Of a DNA stretch of 64,000 bases, positions 46,468-55,759 are shown piece after piece. Location of the stretch: sequence record OQ383623.1; one strand, 5' to 3'. The first letter of the stretch is position 1. Every line of letters begins with the position of its first letter. The notes below the pieces were generated by a model, which ran no database searches, was not told where the DNA came from, and saw only the letters and a list, made by a program, of their open reading frames with translations. The translations under genes were made by a program, and so were the position numbers.

Positions 46468-46549
46468 ACCCTCTAAAACGCTCTGTAACGCTCTCTAAGC
46501 GCATTAAACGTATCAAATGATAAATGATATTACTTTTGATTAAAGTGGC

Positions 46550-47065
46550 TTAGATTTTAACTAGCTTGCTCCAATCGATGGGTTGTTGCTTAACCACTTT
46601 AACGGTACCACGTGTCGGTGACCAGAAGGTGATATCAGGCTGGTTGCGTACGTCAACATGCAGCCAGGTAATATCGCACTCGATAAAGTGAATAAACGGA
46701 AACTCGTTAGGGTTCGCGGCAATATAGTCGTGTACTTTCTGCAACGGAGTATCAAGCATTGTTGCATCAAACGCATTACCGAATTTATGCATACTGCCTG
46801 ATTCGGCGTACAGTTTGTTTGCACGAGTTTGCCAATCTCCACCCTTTGGTTTCTCTTGATTAATAAAGAACTGCAGGGTACGCAGACTACGCTGTTGCTG
46901 GGAACTGGTTAAAATCACCATCCGCCCAAAACGATTACGAATCTGTTGGAGCGAGATTAGCAGTAACGGATTAAGGAAACGAATAGCACCTTCACCATAT
47001 TTCGCGATGTACTCCTGCGGCATCAACTCTTTTAACGCGAAGTTGGCAGGATTCGGATGAAACAT
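46550..47065 (-). CDS. peptidase M15-family Zn peptidoglycan peptidase
   Basis: RSLR, SMHKFGNAFD (SxHxxGxAxD), WLHVD. Confidence 0.85.
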   Translation of the reverse strand: MFHPNPANFALKELMPQEYIAKYGEGAIRFLNPLLLISLQQIRNRFGRMVILTSSQQQRSLRTLQFFINQEKPKGGDWQTRANKLYAESGSMHKFGNAFDATMLDTPLQKVHDYIAANPNEFPFIHFIECDITWLHVDVRNQPDITFWSPTRGTVKVVKQQPIDWSKLVKI

Positions 47066-47074
47066 TTTCTCTCC

Positions 47075-47716
47075 TTAAGGGGTAGTCAGGAACGCACGTT
47101 TGATATTCAAATACTGCACGTTTACCGGTTGCCCATTAGTAATGTCAACACGTTCGTGTTCAGGAATCGCTAACGTACGCGACGTTCTAAAGAACAGGTA
47201 GTTGCGATTATAGGACAACGTCTTTTCTACCGGCCGGCTATAAACCACCTTAGAGTTATCGTCTACATAGGACGGCCAACCAAACTCGTGAACGGCATGG
47301 TAGAAGGACTTACGAATAAAGGTGTCAACGCCTAATGCCTCCATGATACGTAAGAACATCAGGTCAGCGAATGTTTTGTCACATGCACGAGATAGATTAC
47401 CTTCGACAGTGTCAGGGTAAAAGCCTACCGATGAACGTTTCTGGTAAAACAAATCATGCACACAAGCGGCAGCGGCCCAAGGCCCATCCGGATGCAGGAT
47501 AGGACGTAACGCTTCTGGAATGCTTGCCAGGTCCGTCACAAATCCTCTCGGTACCGTTACCCATAACGGGGTATCCGGATGCACACCTGCTAATGCTACC
47601 ATCGCATCCATTCCGGTCTGTTCACGATAGAGGCTGCGCAACGTAAACTCGAAATGGAAATCATCCGTGAGGATAAACCACGGCTTCTCTAACAACGTAT
47701 ACTTAAGTGCTTCCAT
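47075..47716 (-). CDS. DUF1353 family protein
   Basis: VPRGFVTDLASIP, AAACVHDLFY, ADLMFLRIM...R..FY.AV..FG. Confidence 0.85.
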   Translation of the reverse strand: MEALKYTLLEKPWFILTDDFHFEFTLRSLYREQTGMDAMVALAGVHPDTPLWVTVPRGFVTDLASIPEALRPILHPDGPWAAAACVHDLFYQKRSSVGFYPDTVEGNLSRACDKTFADLMFLRIMEALGVDTFIRKSFYHAVHEFGWPSYVDDNSKVVYSRPVEKTLSYNRNYLFFRTSRTLAIPEHERVDITNGQPVNVQYLNIKRAFLTTP

Positions 47717-47723
47717 ACTGACC

Positions 47724-47816
47724 TCACGTCATATAACGCACGAGCATCGTGAGGACCATCAATCCCAGTAAAATGGGCATTAAGCCTTTCGGCCAGTCGT
47801 CGTTGTCGTATTGCAT
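47724..47816 (-). CDS. 30-aa single-TM micro-protein (not in ORF track)
   Basis: RBS GGAGG; MQYDNDDWPKGLMPILLGLMVLTMLVRYMT. Confidence 0.45.
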   Translation of the reverse strand: MQYDNDDWPKGLMPILLGLMVLTMLVRYMT

Positions 47817-47932
47817 GGCTTTACCCTCCGACAGAAGATCGCGCGTAATAGTTTGAAGAACCCAGAATCGTAATACGTTTCCGGAACGGTTTGTACTTCG
47901 GGGAACTTAGGCGGAGTTGGACGGTGGGTCAT
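47780..47932 (-). CDS. 50-aa micro-protein (not in ORF track)
   Basis: RBS AAGGAG; MTHRPTPPKFPEVQTVPETYYDSGFFKLLRAIFCRRVKPC... Confidence 0.4.
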   Translation of the reverse strand: MTHRPTPPKFPEVQTVPETYYDSGFFKLLRAIFCRRVKPCNTTTTTGRKA

Positions 47933-48008
47933 TACGTTTTCTCCTTGCGGCAAAAACAAGGGCGCGCCAGATAGCTTTCATTAAGGCAGCAAACCAATTC
48001 TGTTTCAT
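47907..48008 (-). CDS. 33-aa amphipathic basic micro-protein (not in ORF track)
   Basis: ATGA overlap with the endolysin stop; MKQNWFAALMKAIWRALVFAARRKRNDPPSNSA. Confidence 0.4.
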   Translation of the reverse strand: MKQNWFAALMKAIWRALVFAARRKRNDPPSNSA

Positions 48009-48595
48009 TTGCACATCCCCAACTTAGCCACGTAGTCTGGCATTTCCTGATAGACGCGGCCATACCAGCCGTAAGTAAACTCTTCGTTATCCTCACGCCC
48101 TTCACTGATTTCCGTGTAGTACGCAACCTGATGACAGGTTAAAGCGAACATCAGTCGATTCAGGCCCTCTTCCCCACGGGCTTTGATGAAGCCTTCTAAC
48201 GCTGTTAACGTACGTGGCCCGATACCACCATCGGCATCGATATCATCGTATAGTTTACCCTGGCGGTTTAATACGTTCAGAATACGTTGCAGGGACTTGA
48301 TACAGTTACCGCGTCCTGCGTTGATGCCGAAATCAAACATTCGGTCAGCTAGCAGGACATTCATTTTCATAATCTGGTCTAAACGCATCCGCTGCCACCA
48401 GAGCTTGTTGTAAATGTCTAACGCGATTTCTAAGCTCAGGTCACGCATATCCCCTTTATAGCCATATTCGCGCGCAGTGAGTTCGGTGACACCGCGGTTC
48501 GTTGCTTTGCCCAAATCTTTCGGGTTATTAACGTAACCGGCTTCGATGTTTACTTTGGCACGAATAATGCCCTCTTTACTCCAACGATCGACCAC
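48005..48595 (-). CDS. glycoside hydrolase family 108 endolysin with C-terminal PG-binding domain
   Basis: EAGYVNNPKDLGKATNRGVT (EGGY..hP.D.GG.T..GIT variant), FDFGINAG, LQRILN...DGGIGPRTL; RBS AGGAGG before GTG 48595 (ATG 48622 is an alternative start). Confidence 0.88.
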   Translation of the reverse strand: MVDRWSKEGIIRAKVNIEAGYVNNPKDLGKATNRGVTELTAREYGYKGDMRDLSLEIALDIYNKLWWQRMRLDQIMKMNVLLADRMFDFGINAGRGNCIKSLQRILNVLNRQGKLYDDIDADGGIGPRTLTALEGFIKARGEEGLNRLMFALTCHQVAYYTEISEGREDNEEFTYGWYGRVYQEMPDYVAKLGMCK

Positions 48596-48622
48596 GATAA
48601 CCTCCTGAGTTGATAGGGTCAT

Positions 48623-48654
48623 AAAAAGAAAGCCTCTTCCCCGTGGGGAAGAGG
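48623..48654 (-). terminator. intrinsic terminator
   Basis: CCTCTTCCCC/GGGGAAGAGG stem then TTTCTTTTT on the minus strand. Confidence 0.8.
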
Positions 48655-48700
48655 GCATGGATTATCTTCAGGCTTTAAACCCGTCAAGTTCCTCGTTAAA

Positions 48701-50878
48701 TTACGATAACGGTATCGTTGGCCGCACCCACGGTTTAGGGGCAGATTTGGTATACGGATTACATTCCATCATTTTACCGAGATACGCATCGTAATACACG
48801 AAGCGATCGACGTAGAACTTCTCCACCGGTGCACTACTGGTAGCCGATTTCACCCGGTTGCGTTCCACAGCGAGGCCAATCGCCCCGGTAGGCGCGGGTT
48901 TTAGGGTGAACATTACCGCACGGTTGTAACGCCAAGTGTCGTGCACAATATCAAACTCCGATACACAGTGTGCCATGATACCAAACAATGTGGTGGCTGG
49001 TAAGTTGGCTACAGCATCGCCGTATGGTGTTCCCACCAAACCGCCGGGTATGTTTTGCTTTTTGAACAGCGTACCTGAAATAATCGTACCTAAGAACTCC
49101 ACAACTACAGGTTTGGTTGGGTCGGTGACTTTATCTATCCCATCCGCACTGGCCAATCGGTTGGCATCTAAATCTGCGAGGTAGTCGAGGAACTCTTGGT
49201 ACTCGTCGGTGACATTCGGTTTCACCGTTCCGACGGATACCCAGTTGACGATACTTTTATTCCCACCGACGGCTTCGCCTGCCATCCCAGGGCGAGTCCA
49301 TGACATCCCGTCTTCACGACCGTAGACATAGATCGGCGAGCCGGTAGCCGGGGTGTTCCATTGCTCGAACGCTGTATATCGTCCCGGCTGGCCCCAATCC
49401 CCACCCGGACCGCCATAGTAGCGACTCTGGTAGCCGGTAAATTGTGCGACGACTAACTGGGTAGCACCGCCTTTGTCACGGGACCCAGCTAAGCCGTTAC
49501 GGTTATTGGTGCCGCTGGGCACCGCCGCGCCTGGCCCGAGTGGCGCACCACCAGCTCCACCGATCTTGGTGGTGCTAAACGCATAGTAGTCGCCCCCACC
49601 CCCACCTCCGGCGATAGTGCCGTAGTTTTCGATGGTGACTTTGCCACGGAAGGTATCGCTAATGTGGATTGCGTCAGCTCCGTCCGCTGATGTGTTCGCA
49701 GGCAGAGAATAGACCATACCCGAACCACCACGACCAAGAATGGTTCCCCGGTTAACGAAGTTCCAAACCACCTCGCCAATTTGCGGCAATTCGTCGATAA
49801 CGAACGTCGGTTTCAGGTTGCTGTCGCGATAAACGAAAGCCCCCGCATCTACGGTCACGTTAACAAACAAACGCCCGCACGCCGCATGGTTGGTCAATGT
49901 TGTGGCCCAGTAGCTGTCCGAAAGTTGCGACGTAGTTGTGTAGTTCAGGTTAAGGGTTTGTTCGTTATCTTGATACCGTGCCACATTCAACGTGGCACTG
50001 CCCATGACTTTGTACGAACCCTCTACGGGTGCCAATTGCACTTGTCTCGGCCACTCGCCTGCCAGGTTCTCTACAGGAGCAATTTCGTTTACATCAAAAA
50101 CGCTCCGAATGCCGAGTGTCTCGATGGCCAGAGCGTCGTGCAGGCTACCGGTGAAATCATCCGGGACGTATGTGGTTTTGCCTGCATATGTCTCGAGTTT
50201 GTTACGTGAGAAGAACACATACTTCGTTCCAAACATCCCGCTCCCCGGTCTAGCGGTCAAAGCCACGACGCTGTTATACGCAGAGGTTTGGCCTATATCC
50301 TCCGGGGACATCGGGGCGCTGACATCGACTTTATCAAGATCCACGATCCGTTTGGTTGCATTAGAGTAGAAGTTAATCCACTGCTGTTTATTCGCAGCCT
50401 TTAGCGTGAGAATGATATTGGTAACAGTGTAGACAGTGTTGATATCCACGTCACCGTTTATCACATCTAGCGTTTGGCTGCCGTACCAGATAAGACTTGT
50501 CTGTTTCGCCTGGAACGTGATGCGCGCAGCATTGTTTGTCCAAGTGATAGGCAGGTCTTCAAAGTCGTCGGTTAAAAAGGTAATCCCTAGTAGAGTGTCT
50601 AAATGCGGCAACAGCTCGTGGATGGACACACAGGTGGGAATGGCATCCAACTTAACCTTAGCGAAATAATCAGCAATATTTTGCTTCGTGACTTGGGCCG
50701 TAATTTGACCGTAATTTGAATACCCCGGCCCCCCTTTCAGTGTGACGTCTAGGGTTTTTTCGTCGCGATGCGCCACGGACACCAGGCGTACGTTAGTGGG
50801 GTCTACTGCTCTGGCGACCGCGTTTTTACGGTTGAGCGACCGAATCACGGTCGCCACTAAATCGGGAGTGTAGGACAT
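48701..50878 (-). CDS. virion protein with an internal gp38-like glycine-rich adhesin domain
   Basis: Paralog-type N-domain; NRGTILGRGGSG, IENYGTIAGGGGGG and GGAGGAP..PG GGPGGDWGQPG match the T-even gp38 polyglycine pattern. Confidence 0.65.
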   Translation of the reverse strand: MSYTPDLVATVIRSLNRKNAVARAVDPTNVRLVSVAHRDEKTLDVTLKGGPGYSNYGQITAQVTKQNIADYFAKVKLDAIPTCVSIHELLPHLDTLLGITFLTDDFEDLPITWTNNAARITFQAKQTSLIWYGSQTLDVINGDVDINTVYTVTNIILTLKAANKQQWINFYSNATKRIVDLDKVDVSAPMSPEDIGQTSAYNSVVALTARPGSGMFGTKYVFFSRNKLETYAGKTTYVPDDFTGSLHDALAIETLGIRSVFDVNEIAPVENLAGEWPRQVQLAPVEGSYKVMGSATLNVARYQDNEQTLNLNYTTTSQLSDSYWATTLTNHAACGRLFVNVTVDAGAFVYRDSNLKPTFVIDELPQIGEVVWNFVNRGTILGRGGSGMVYSLPANTSADGADAIHISDTFRGKVTIENYGTIAGGGGGGDYYAFSTTKIGGAGGAPLGPGAAVPSGTNNRNGLAGSRDKGGATQLVVAQFTGYQSRYYGGPGGDWGQPGRYTAFEQWNTPATGSPIYVYGREDGMSWTRPGMAGEAVGGNKSIVNWVSVGTVKPNVTDEYQEFLDYLADLDANRLASADGIDKVTDPTKPVVVEFLGTIISGTLFKKQNIPGGLVGTPYGDAVANLPATTLFGIMAHCVSEFDIVHDTWRYNRAVMFTLKPAPTGAIGLAVERNRVKSATSSAPVEKFYVDRFVYYDAYLGKMMECNPYTKSAPKPWVRPTIPLS

Positions 50879-50892
50879 GGTGACACCTTAGT

Positions 50893-52212
50893 CTATAGCG
50901 GTGGATACCAAGGGACCGGGGCGGTTTTGCTATATGGACTGTAGACCATATAGCCGCCTTTGCTTGGGTCGTAATAGATGAAATAGTTACAGTAATTCGA
51001 GTAATTGCTCGACACTTGTTTGGATTGGTATCCGTTACGGTTTAGTCCCGGGTAAGTAACAGCTGATGTCGTGGTGGTGTAAGCAGTGTGGTACAGTACC
51101 CGCCGCCGGTTAGCAATACTTTCTTGGAACATCTCTTCGGTCGGAAACGCGTGTTGCATCAGCCGTCGAATACTCCCGGTACAGTATTGAAGGCCATACG
51201 GGGAACCCGATAAATCATCCCTTGTTTCAGGCGCTTCCGCCCGGGTCAACACGTACTCGTTTTGATATAACGTGATGCTCATCGTATTTGAGCTGGTTTC
51301 CCGGAACCCCATGTAACGCGCATAACGTTCGACGTCCTTTTCCTGCGCCAAATAGGCCACGTTATTTTTCGGACCAAAGTGCAAGAAGAACGGACGGCGG
51401 AGATTACCCATATCCTCAGGCGGCGTCAATTTCACGCAGTAATTGTACTCCCCACGCATATCAGGGTCTAAGCCTGGGTTGTTATTGCGTGTAGCGACAT
51501 ACCCATAGAGGTCATACGGGTTATCAGTAGCAGCATTACCGATAGTGAACGGGATGCCCGACCATGCCGACAGCGCAGCGATGAACTGGGTCATGTACGA
51601 GTTACTGTTTAGTCGCAGCGGGGTACCCATTGGGATATTGATTATCTGTTGGGTGTACATGCTCCAGTCGAGTCGATAGACCGTGCTGTAAACATCCATG
51701 GGTTCCCAAGCCCCAGTTTCGGTGATGTGGTACAAGTCGGCGAAGCTGGGCTCTTCACGAGTAAAGCTAATAGGAATGTAACCCGTGAATGCGGGGTTAT
51801 CCGATTTAATCGCCACCGTCCGATCGCCCGTTGCCACAGTGATCATTGCAAACTGGCTGTCAGGATACGTTAAATCGTCAGCAGTAAGCACCAACCCACA
51901 AGCTGCGGAAATCCGGTCGATGATGTCGCGGTAGACCGTCGCCCGATAAGGTACTTTAACCGGTACGCTGACGCCTTTAAAATACTGCGAAAGGTTTAAG
52001 CGGTCGTAGTAGATGTCCATCTTACCGCTGTAACCACCACCCTGTAATCCGTTTACCACTATACGGCTGTTGCGGCCATCGCGCAAGGCGTTGGTTAAAG
52101 GACCTTGTAATAACGCCACGTTGGTTGCGTTGAGTGGTTTCTTGAGCTGCGGGTTATCACGATTAATCTGATCCCAAACCAGCTGCATGACAGGTTTGTT
52201 ATAGTTGATCAT
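50893..52212 (-). CDS. virion structural paralog (RDNP N-domain family)
   Basis: MINYNKP...INRDNP...GRNS...NGLQGGGYSG...YYDRLNL, shared with 62574-63401 and the C-type genes. Confidence 0.75.
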   Translation of the reverse strand: MINYNKPVMQLVWDQINRDNPQLKKPLNATNVALLQGPLTNALRDGRNSRIVVNGLQGGGYSGKMDIYYDRLNLSQYFKGVSVPVKVPYRATVYRDIIDRISAACGLVLTADDLTYPDSQFAMITVATGDRTVAIKSDNPAFTGYIPISFTREEPSFADLYHITETGAWEPMDVYSTVYRLDWSMYTQQIINIPMGTPLRLNSNSYMTQFIAALSAWSGIPFTIGNAATDNPYDLYGYVATRNNNPGLDPDMRGEYNYCVKLTPPEDMGNLRRPFFLHFGPKNNVAYLAQEKDVERYARYMGFRETSSNTMSITLYQNEYVLTRAEAPETRDDLSGSPYGLQYCTGSIRRLMQHAFPTEEMFQESIANRRRVLYHTAYTTTTSAVTYPGLNRNGYQSKQVSSNYSNYCNYFIYYDPSKGGYMVYSPYSKTAPVPWYPPL

Positions 52213-52223
52213 TGCAACGTCCT

Positions 52224-52257
52224 AAAAAAAGAAAATAGGCCCTTCAGGGCCTATTTT
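52224..52257 (-). terminator. intrinsic terminator
   Basis: AAAATAGGCCCT/AGGGCCTATTTT stem then CTTTTTTT. Confidence 0.8.
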
Positions 52258-52379
52258 TAGCTGTTATGGTGAAGTACGCTATCCCTTTAACTCCAGCTGA
52301 TTCGACCTGCGTGTTGGGGATTATCCCGCTGAATGAGCCGACACAACAGCTCAAGTGCAGTGGATGAGTAAAACCCCAT
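52257..52379 (-). pseudogene. collapsed remnant of a C-type/RDNP paralog
   Basis: RBS AGGAG; MGFYSSTALELLCRLIQRDNPQHAGRIS matches the C-type N-termini, then frameshifted GVKGIAY..HNS* matches the end of 62574-63401. Confidence 0.75.
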
Positions 52380-52390
52380 ATTAGCTCCTG

Positions 52391-53293
52391 TTAGCTAAGA
52401 ACCAGTTCGATAACGTGGACTACCGACGCGCTATTGGTCGAAGAGGTGTACGATGGTGAGTCTGGTGAGTTGCTGCGATAGTACCAGGGGGTGGCGTTGT
52501 CATAACCGTTGGCAAACAATGTTGAGCTTGAATCGGTTGGACTACCGCCGGAGCGCGTCGGTAAGTCGCCAAAACGTCTTACGACGCCCGCGTAGCGGAA
52601 CAAGCTTGCGAACGTGTTGTGCCACTCGCCATCTTGAAAATAACCACCGCTGCTTAGGTAGGTGCTGTGCCCATAACTGTAGTCTCCGAGTCGAGGCAAA
52701 CGTACCACATACTCGTAACCGTCTTTATTAAATGTCCGACGCTGGTTAGTGGTAGCGACGCCCCGTGGCGGGAAACCGTAGTCATCTGTTCCCCAGGCCA
52801 GACCTTGCTGGTATTGTTCGTTCCACGTCGTCCCTAAACGGGTCACCGTGTCAGGAATGAACAGAATGCGTCCTTTGAAAACGAATTTATGGAACAATGT
52901 TGGAGCTTGGTTCCAGGCATTAAAGCCAATTAAACCATTCAGCTCGGCATGGTTAAGAATAAATTCTTCGTTTGTCAGTGTGCCAAAGTAGCCACGATGC
53001 CAGTCGCCACGAATAAGTTCCTGTGGGCCGGGTCCTGTCATTGGAAAGTCGCCCTGTACAATCGGCAGCCCCATAACCTTTTCAGTGCCCTTTACCGCCA
53101 CGATGCGATATTGATACGTTTTATACGCTTCGGTGGTCTTGTCCTCGTACGTCGTTGTGTTACCTGGTAGTGTTACAATAGGTTCCCCTGGTGCTACTGG
53201 GTTAACACTTTGTCTAGGGTTGTCGTAACGATAGATTTCAATGGAATCTAAAGTCTGGCCTGGCTGTTGTTTCCAGTTTAAGATAATCGACAT
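52391..53293 (-). CDS. virion structural paralog, type A (copy 1)
   Basis: IEIYR...PG.P..TLPG...Y.D FN3-like N-domain; TGPGPQ.L..GDW..GYFG core. Confidence 0.75.
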   Translation of the reverse strand: MSIILNWKQQPGQTLDSIEIYRYDNPRQSVNPVAPGEPIVTLPGNTTTYEDKTTEAYKTYQYRIVAVKGTEKVMGLPIVQGDFPMTGPGPQELIRGDWHRGYFGTLTNEEFILNHAELNGLIGFNAWNQAPTLFHKFVFKGRILFIPDTVTRLGTTWNEQYQQGLAWGTDDYGFPPRGVATTNQRRTFNKDGYEYVVRLPRLGDYSYGHSTYLSSGGYFQDGEWHNTFASLFRYAGVVRRFGDLPTRSGGSPTDSSSTLFANGYDNATPWYYRSNSPDSPSYTSSTNSASVVHVIELVLS

Positions 53294-53296
53294 AGC

Positions 53297-54295
53297 TTAC
53301 TCCACTAACTCGATAACGAAAGCGTACAGACCGACTTTCGCGGCACTGTCAATTAGCGTAACTTGTGAAAGATTACGTTTTGTATTATTAGCTAGACTAG
53401 CATCGAGGGGTGCATACCCGCGAACTAGGACTAATCCCGACTCAGGATCACGTTCCTGGCACAAGAAACCTTTTCCTTGGTAAGCGCTACCGCTCCCATA
53501 AATGTACGCCGGACTGGTATTAGTCCAGTTGGGGAGCATTTGTTTGTTAGGGATGCAATCAGCGAACGGATAAACAAAGTCGTTATATTCGCAGCGACCG
53601 TATTCCAAGTCATCATGGTCTGCGTTTCGTAACGATTCATCCAACGTCATTACTGTCGGTTCGTCCCCATCGGTTAAACCGCGCAGCAATCGCATCCGAT
53701 AGGTGTCGCCTTGCCATTCAAACAACCCACTCTGGTCAACACCCGCCAAATCGCCACGTCCGTTATCAGGACCAAATCCATCAACGCCGTACACAAGCCC
53801 CGCGTTATAAATGTCATTCCATGAGTAAAGTGCAGAGTTAAATCGTCCGCCGTTGTTCATCATGTAATAGACTTTACCATGACGATAAAACTTATTCATG
53901 ATTAGCGTGCTCGTGCCCGATATCCCTGTTAATGCACGAAAGCCCGCAGGCAACGCGTCATAGGTCATCTGTTCTTCGAACGGCAACTGCCCCAGAAACG
54001 CCAAGTCGTCAGTATCGGAATAGTTAATCTGGTCAACGCCACCCACACCACGACGGTTCTTAATGACAATGGATTTCTGTGGGCTGGCTACTGTACGGCC
54101 GTTAACAGTTACTGTTAAAAGATACCAGTAACGGGTGTTAAGAATAACGGTTTCGTCCGTCCATTCCGTTTCGCCATTACTTAAAGTTGCAATAGGGGCT
54201 GGTAATGCCTTAGGATCTATTTTAGCCGTACCCCGATAAATCTTAACAATTGAACCTGCCGGATTTTCATTTTTCCAGCGTAGTGTGAAAGCCAT
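53297..54295 (-). CDS. virion structural paralog, type B (copy 1)
   Basis: MAFTLRWKN.NP...VKIYR...LP.PIATL.NGETEW.D; RRG.G; shared core ending VIELVE. Confidence 0.75.
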   Translation of the reverse strand: MAFTLRWKNENPAGSIVKIYRGTAKIDPKALPAPIATLSNGETEWTDETVILNTRYWYLLTVTVNGRTVASPQKSIVIKNRRGVGGVDQINYSDTDDLAFLGQLPFEEQMTYDALPAGFRALTGISGTSTLIMNKFYRHGKVYYMMNNGGRFNSALYSWNDIYNAGLVYGVDGFGPDNGRGDLAGVDQSGLFEWQGDTYRMRLLRGLTDGDEPTVMTLDESLRNADHDDLEYGRCEYNDFVYPFADCIPNKQMLPNWTNTSPAYIYGSGSAYQGKGFLCQERDPESGLVLVRGYAPLDASLANNTKRNLSQVTLIDSAAKVGLYAFVIELVE

Positions 54296-54305
54296 CTGTT
54301 ACTCC

Positions 54306-55748
54306 TTAGAAGCCGTTCAACTCACCGTTCGCGGTTGCTAAATCTGTTTTAAGTGGAGGTTCTGCCTGAGTAGGCGGTAGTGGACGCGGTGCGTCGACGT
54401 GTGGTTCAAGTACAACCATCGGCCTAACTGTACCTACGCTGCTCGACACGGTCGATAACGGCAGCGCAGTATCGACGTTTGGTTCACCCACCACAATCGG
54501 CTTGATAGGTTCTTCCACCTGTTCCGCAGTTGTTGCTAGAGGTCTCGGCGCATCTGTTGTCGCAACCTCGACTGCAAGAGGGCGAATGCTATCAGGTTGT
54601 GGTGATGGTACATTAGGAATAACCCTAACGCGCCACACAACATCCCCTTCCACATCAGCTAAAGGTAAGACGATGTCGTCCTTATTGATTTCCTCTAAAA
54701 CAGGCCACCAGTAAGTGGTATCTGTGAGGGTTACCCATTCAACTGAGCCACCGCGCATATTGCAACGTTGTACTTTAACAGGGTTACCACCGGTTAACAG
54801 TTGTTGCGTGAAGAAGACGGTGGTTCTGGTTAACCCGGTGTCATTTGCCCAGTCGCCACCCGTAGAACCGTCACCGAGTTGTGAAATAAGCCACAACGGT
54901 GTGGCCTTTGATAAATCAGGACTAACCGGAACGGAGACACGGTAATAATGTGTCTTGTTATTCTCAGTTTTCGTGACAATCAAAGCCTGGTCAACAGGTT
55001 CGATACCGTCTGGATACGGACCAGCGTCCCCTGTACCGAAAACGGCACCCGCTTGATAAAGGGCCGTCCAGGTTGCTGTTAACGTTCCGGTAGTCGGTAG
55101 ATAAACAATCTTACCATCCTTGAAAAATTTCAACCACTCGAAAGTCATTTTCGTTGGGGCAACTTCGGGACGAATTAAGTTGTTTAGTTCAGCAAAGGTA
55201 AATAACTCTTGCTGAGAAACGTGACCGAAGTATCCGTTTGTGCTGTCCCCTGCCAACAGATATTTATTGCCTGGCCCAGAATCTGGATAGTACCCTACGG
55301 CTTCATTCAAATAATCGACCGGGATATAGCCGCGATAGCATACGCTATTATACGCGGTTAAATTAATACGTGTTGGCGTTGCCAGCGATTTGATAGGCGC
55401 GTCTACCGACTGTACACTGCTATCAGATAACCAAACACCGTATAAATCGCGTAGAGCTGGGAGAAGATCCCGCACGGTCTTGGCCGTTTGTGGTACGTAG
55501 ACGCGCGGAGCTATTTTAAATAGATCTGATAATGTTAAACGGTCGTAATAGACCGTTATTTCCCCAGAGAATCCTTTACCGGGTTTACCTACCAACGTAA
55601 TCACCGTGTTACGACCATTCTTAGTGGTCTCGGCAGGAATACCCCTCACCCCAATCGAATCAGCACTGATTCGACCTGCGAGTTCAGGGTTATCCCTTAC
55701 AACCTGTTGGCAGAGCAGTTCCAGTTCGGGTGCGCTATACAATCCCAT
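54306..55748 (-). CDS. virion structural paralog, type C (copy 1)
   Basis: RDNP N-domain, SGPG core, Pro-periodic tail, NGELNGF end. Confidence 0.75.
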   Translation of the reverse strand: MGLYSAPELELLCQQVVRDNPELAGRISADSIGVRGIPAETTKNGRNTVITLVGKPGKGFSGEITVYYDRLTLSDLFKIAPRVYVPQTAKTVRDLLPALRDLYGVWLSDSSVQSVDAPIKSLATPTRINLTAYNSVCYRGYIPVDYLNEAVGYYPDSGPGNKYLLAGDSTNGYFGHVSQQELFTFAELNNLIRPEVAPTKMTFEWLKFFKDGKIVYLPTTGTLTATWTALYQAGAVFGTGDAGPYPDGIEPVDQALIVTKTENNKTHYYRVSVPVSPDLSKATPLWLISQLGDGSTGGDWANDTGLTRTTVFFTQQLLTGGNPVKVQRCNMRGGSVEWVTLTDTTYWWPVLEEINKDDIVLPLADVEGDVVWRVRVIPNVPSPQPDSIRPLAVEVATTDAPRPLATTAEQVEEPIKPIVVGEPNVDTALPLSTVSSSVGTVRPMVVLEPHVDAPRPLPPTQAEPPLKTDLATANGELNGF

Positions 55749-55759
55749 GAAGTCTCCTG

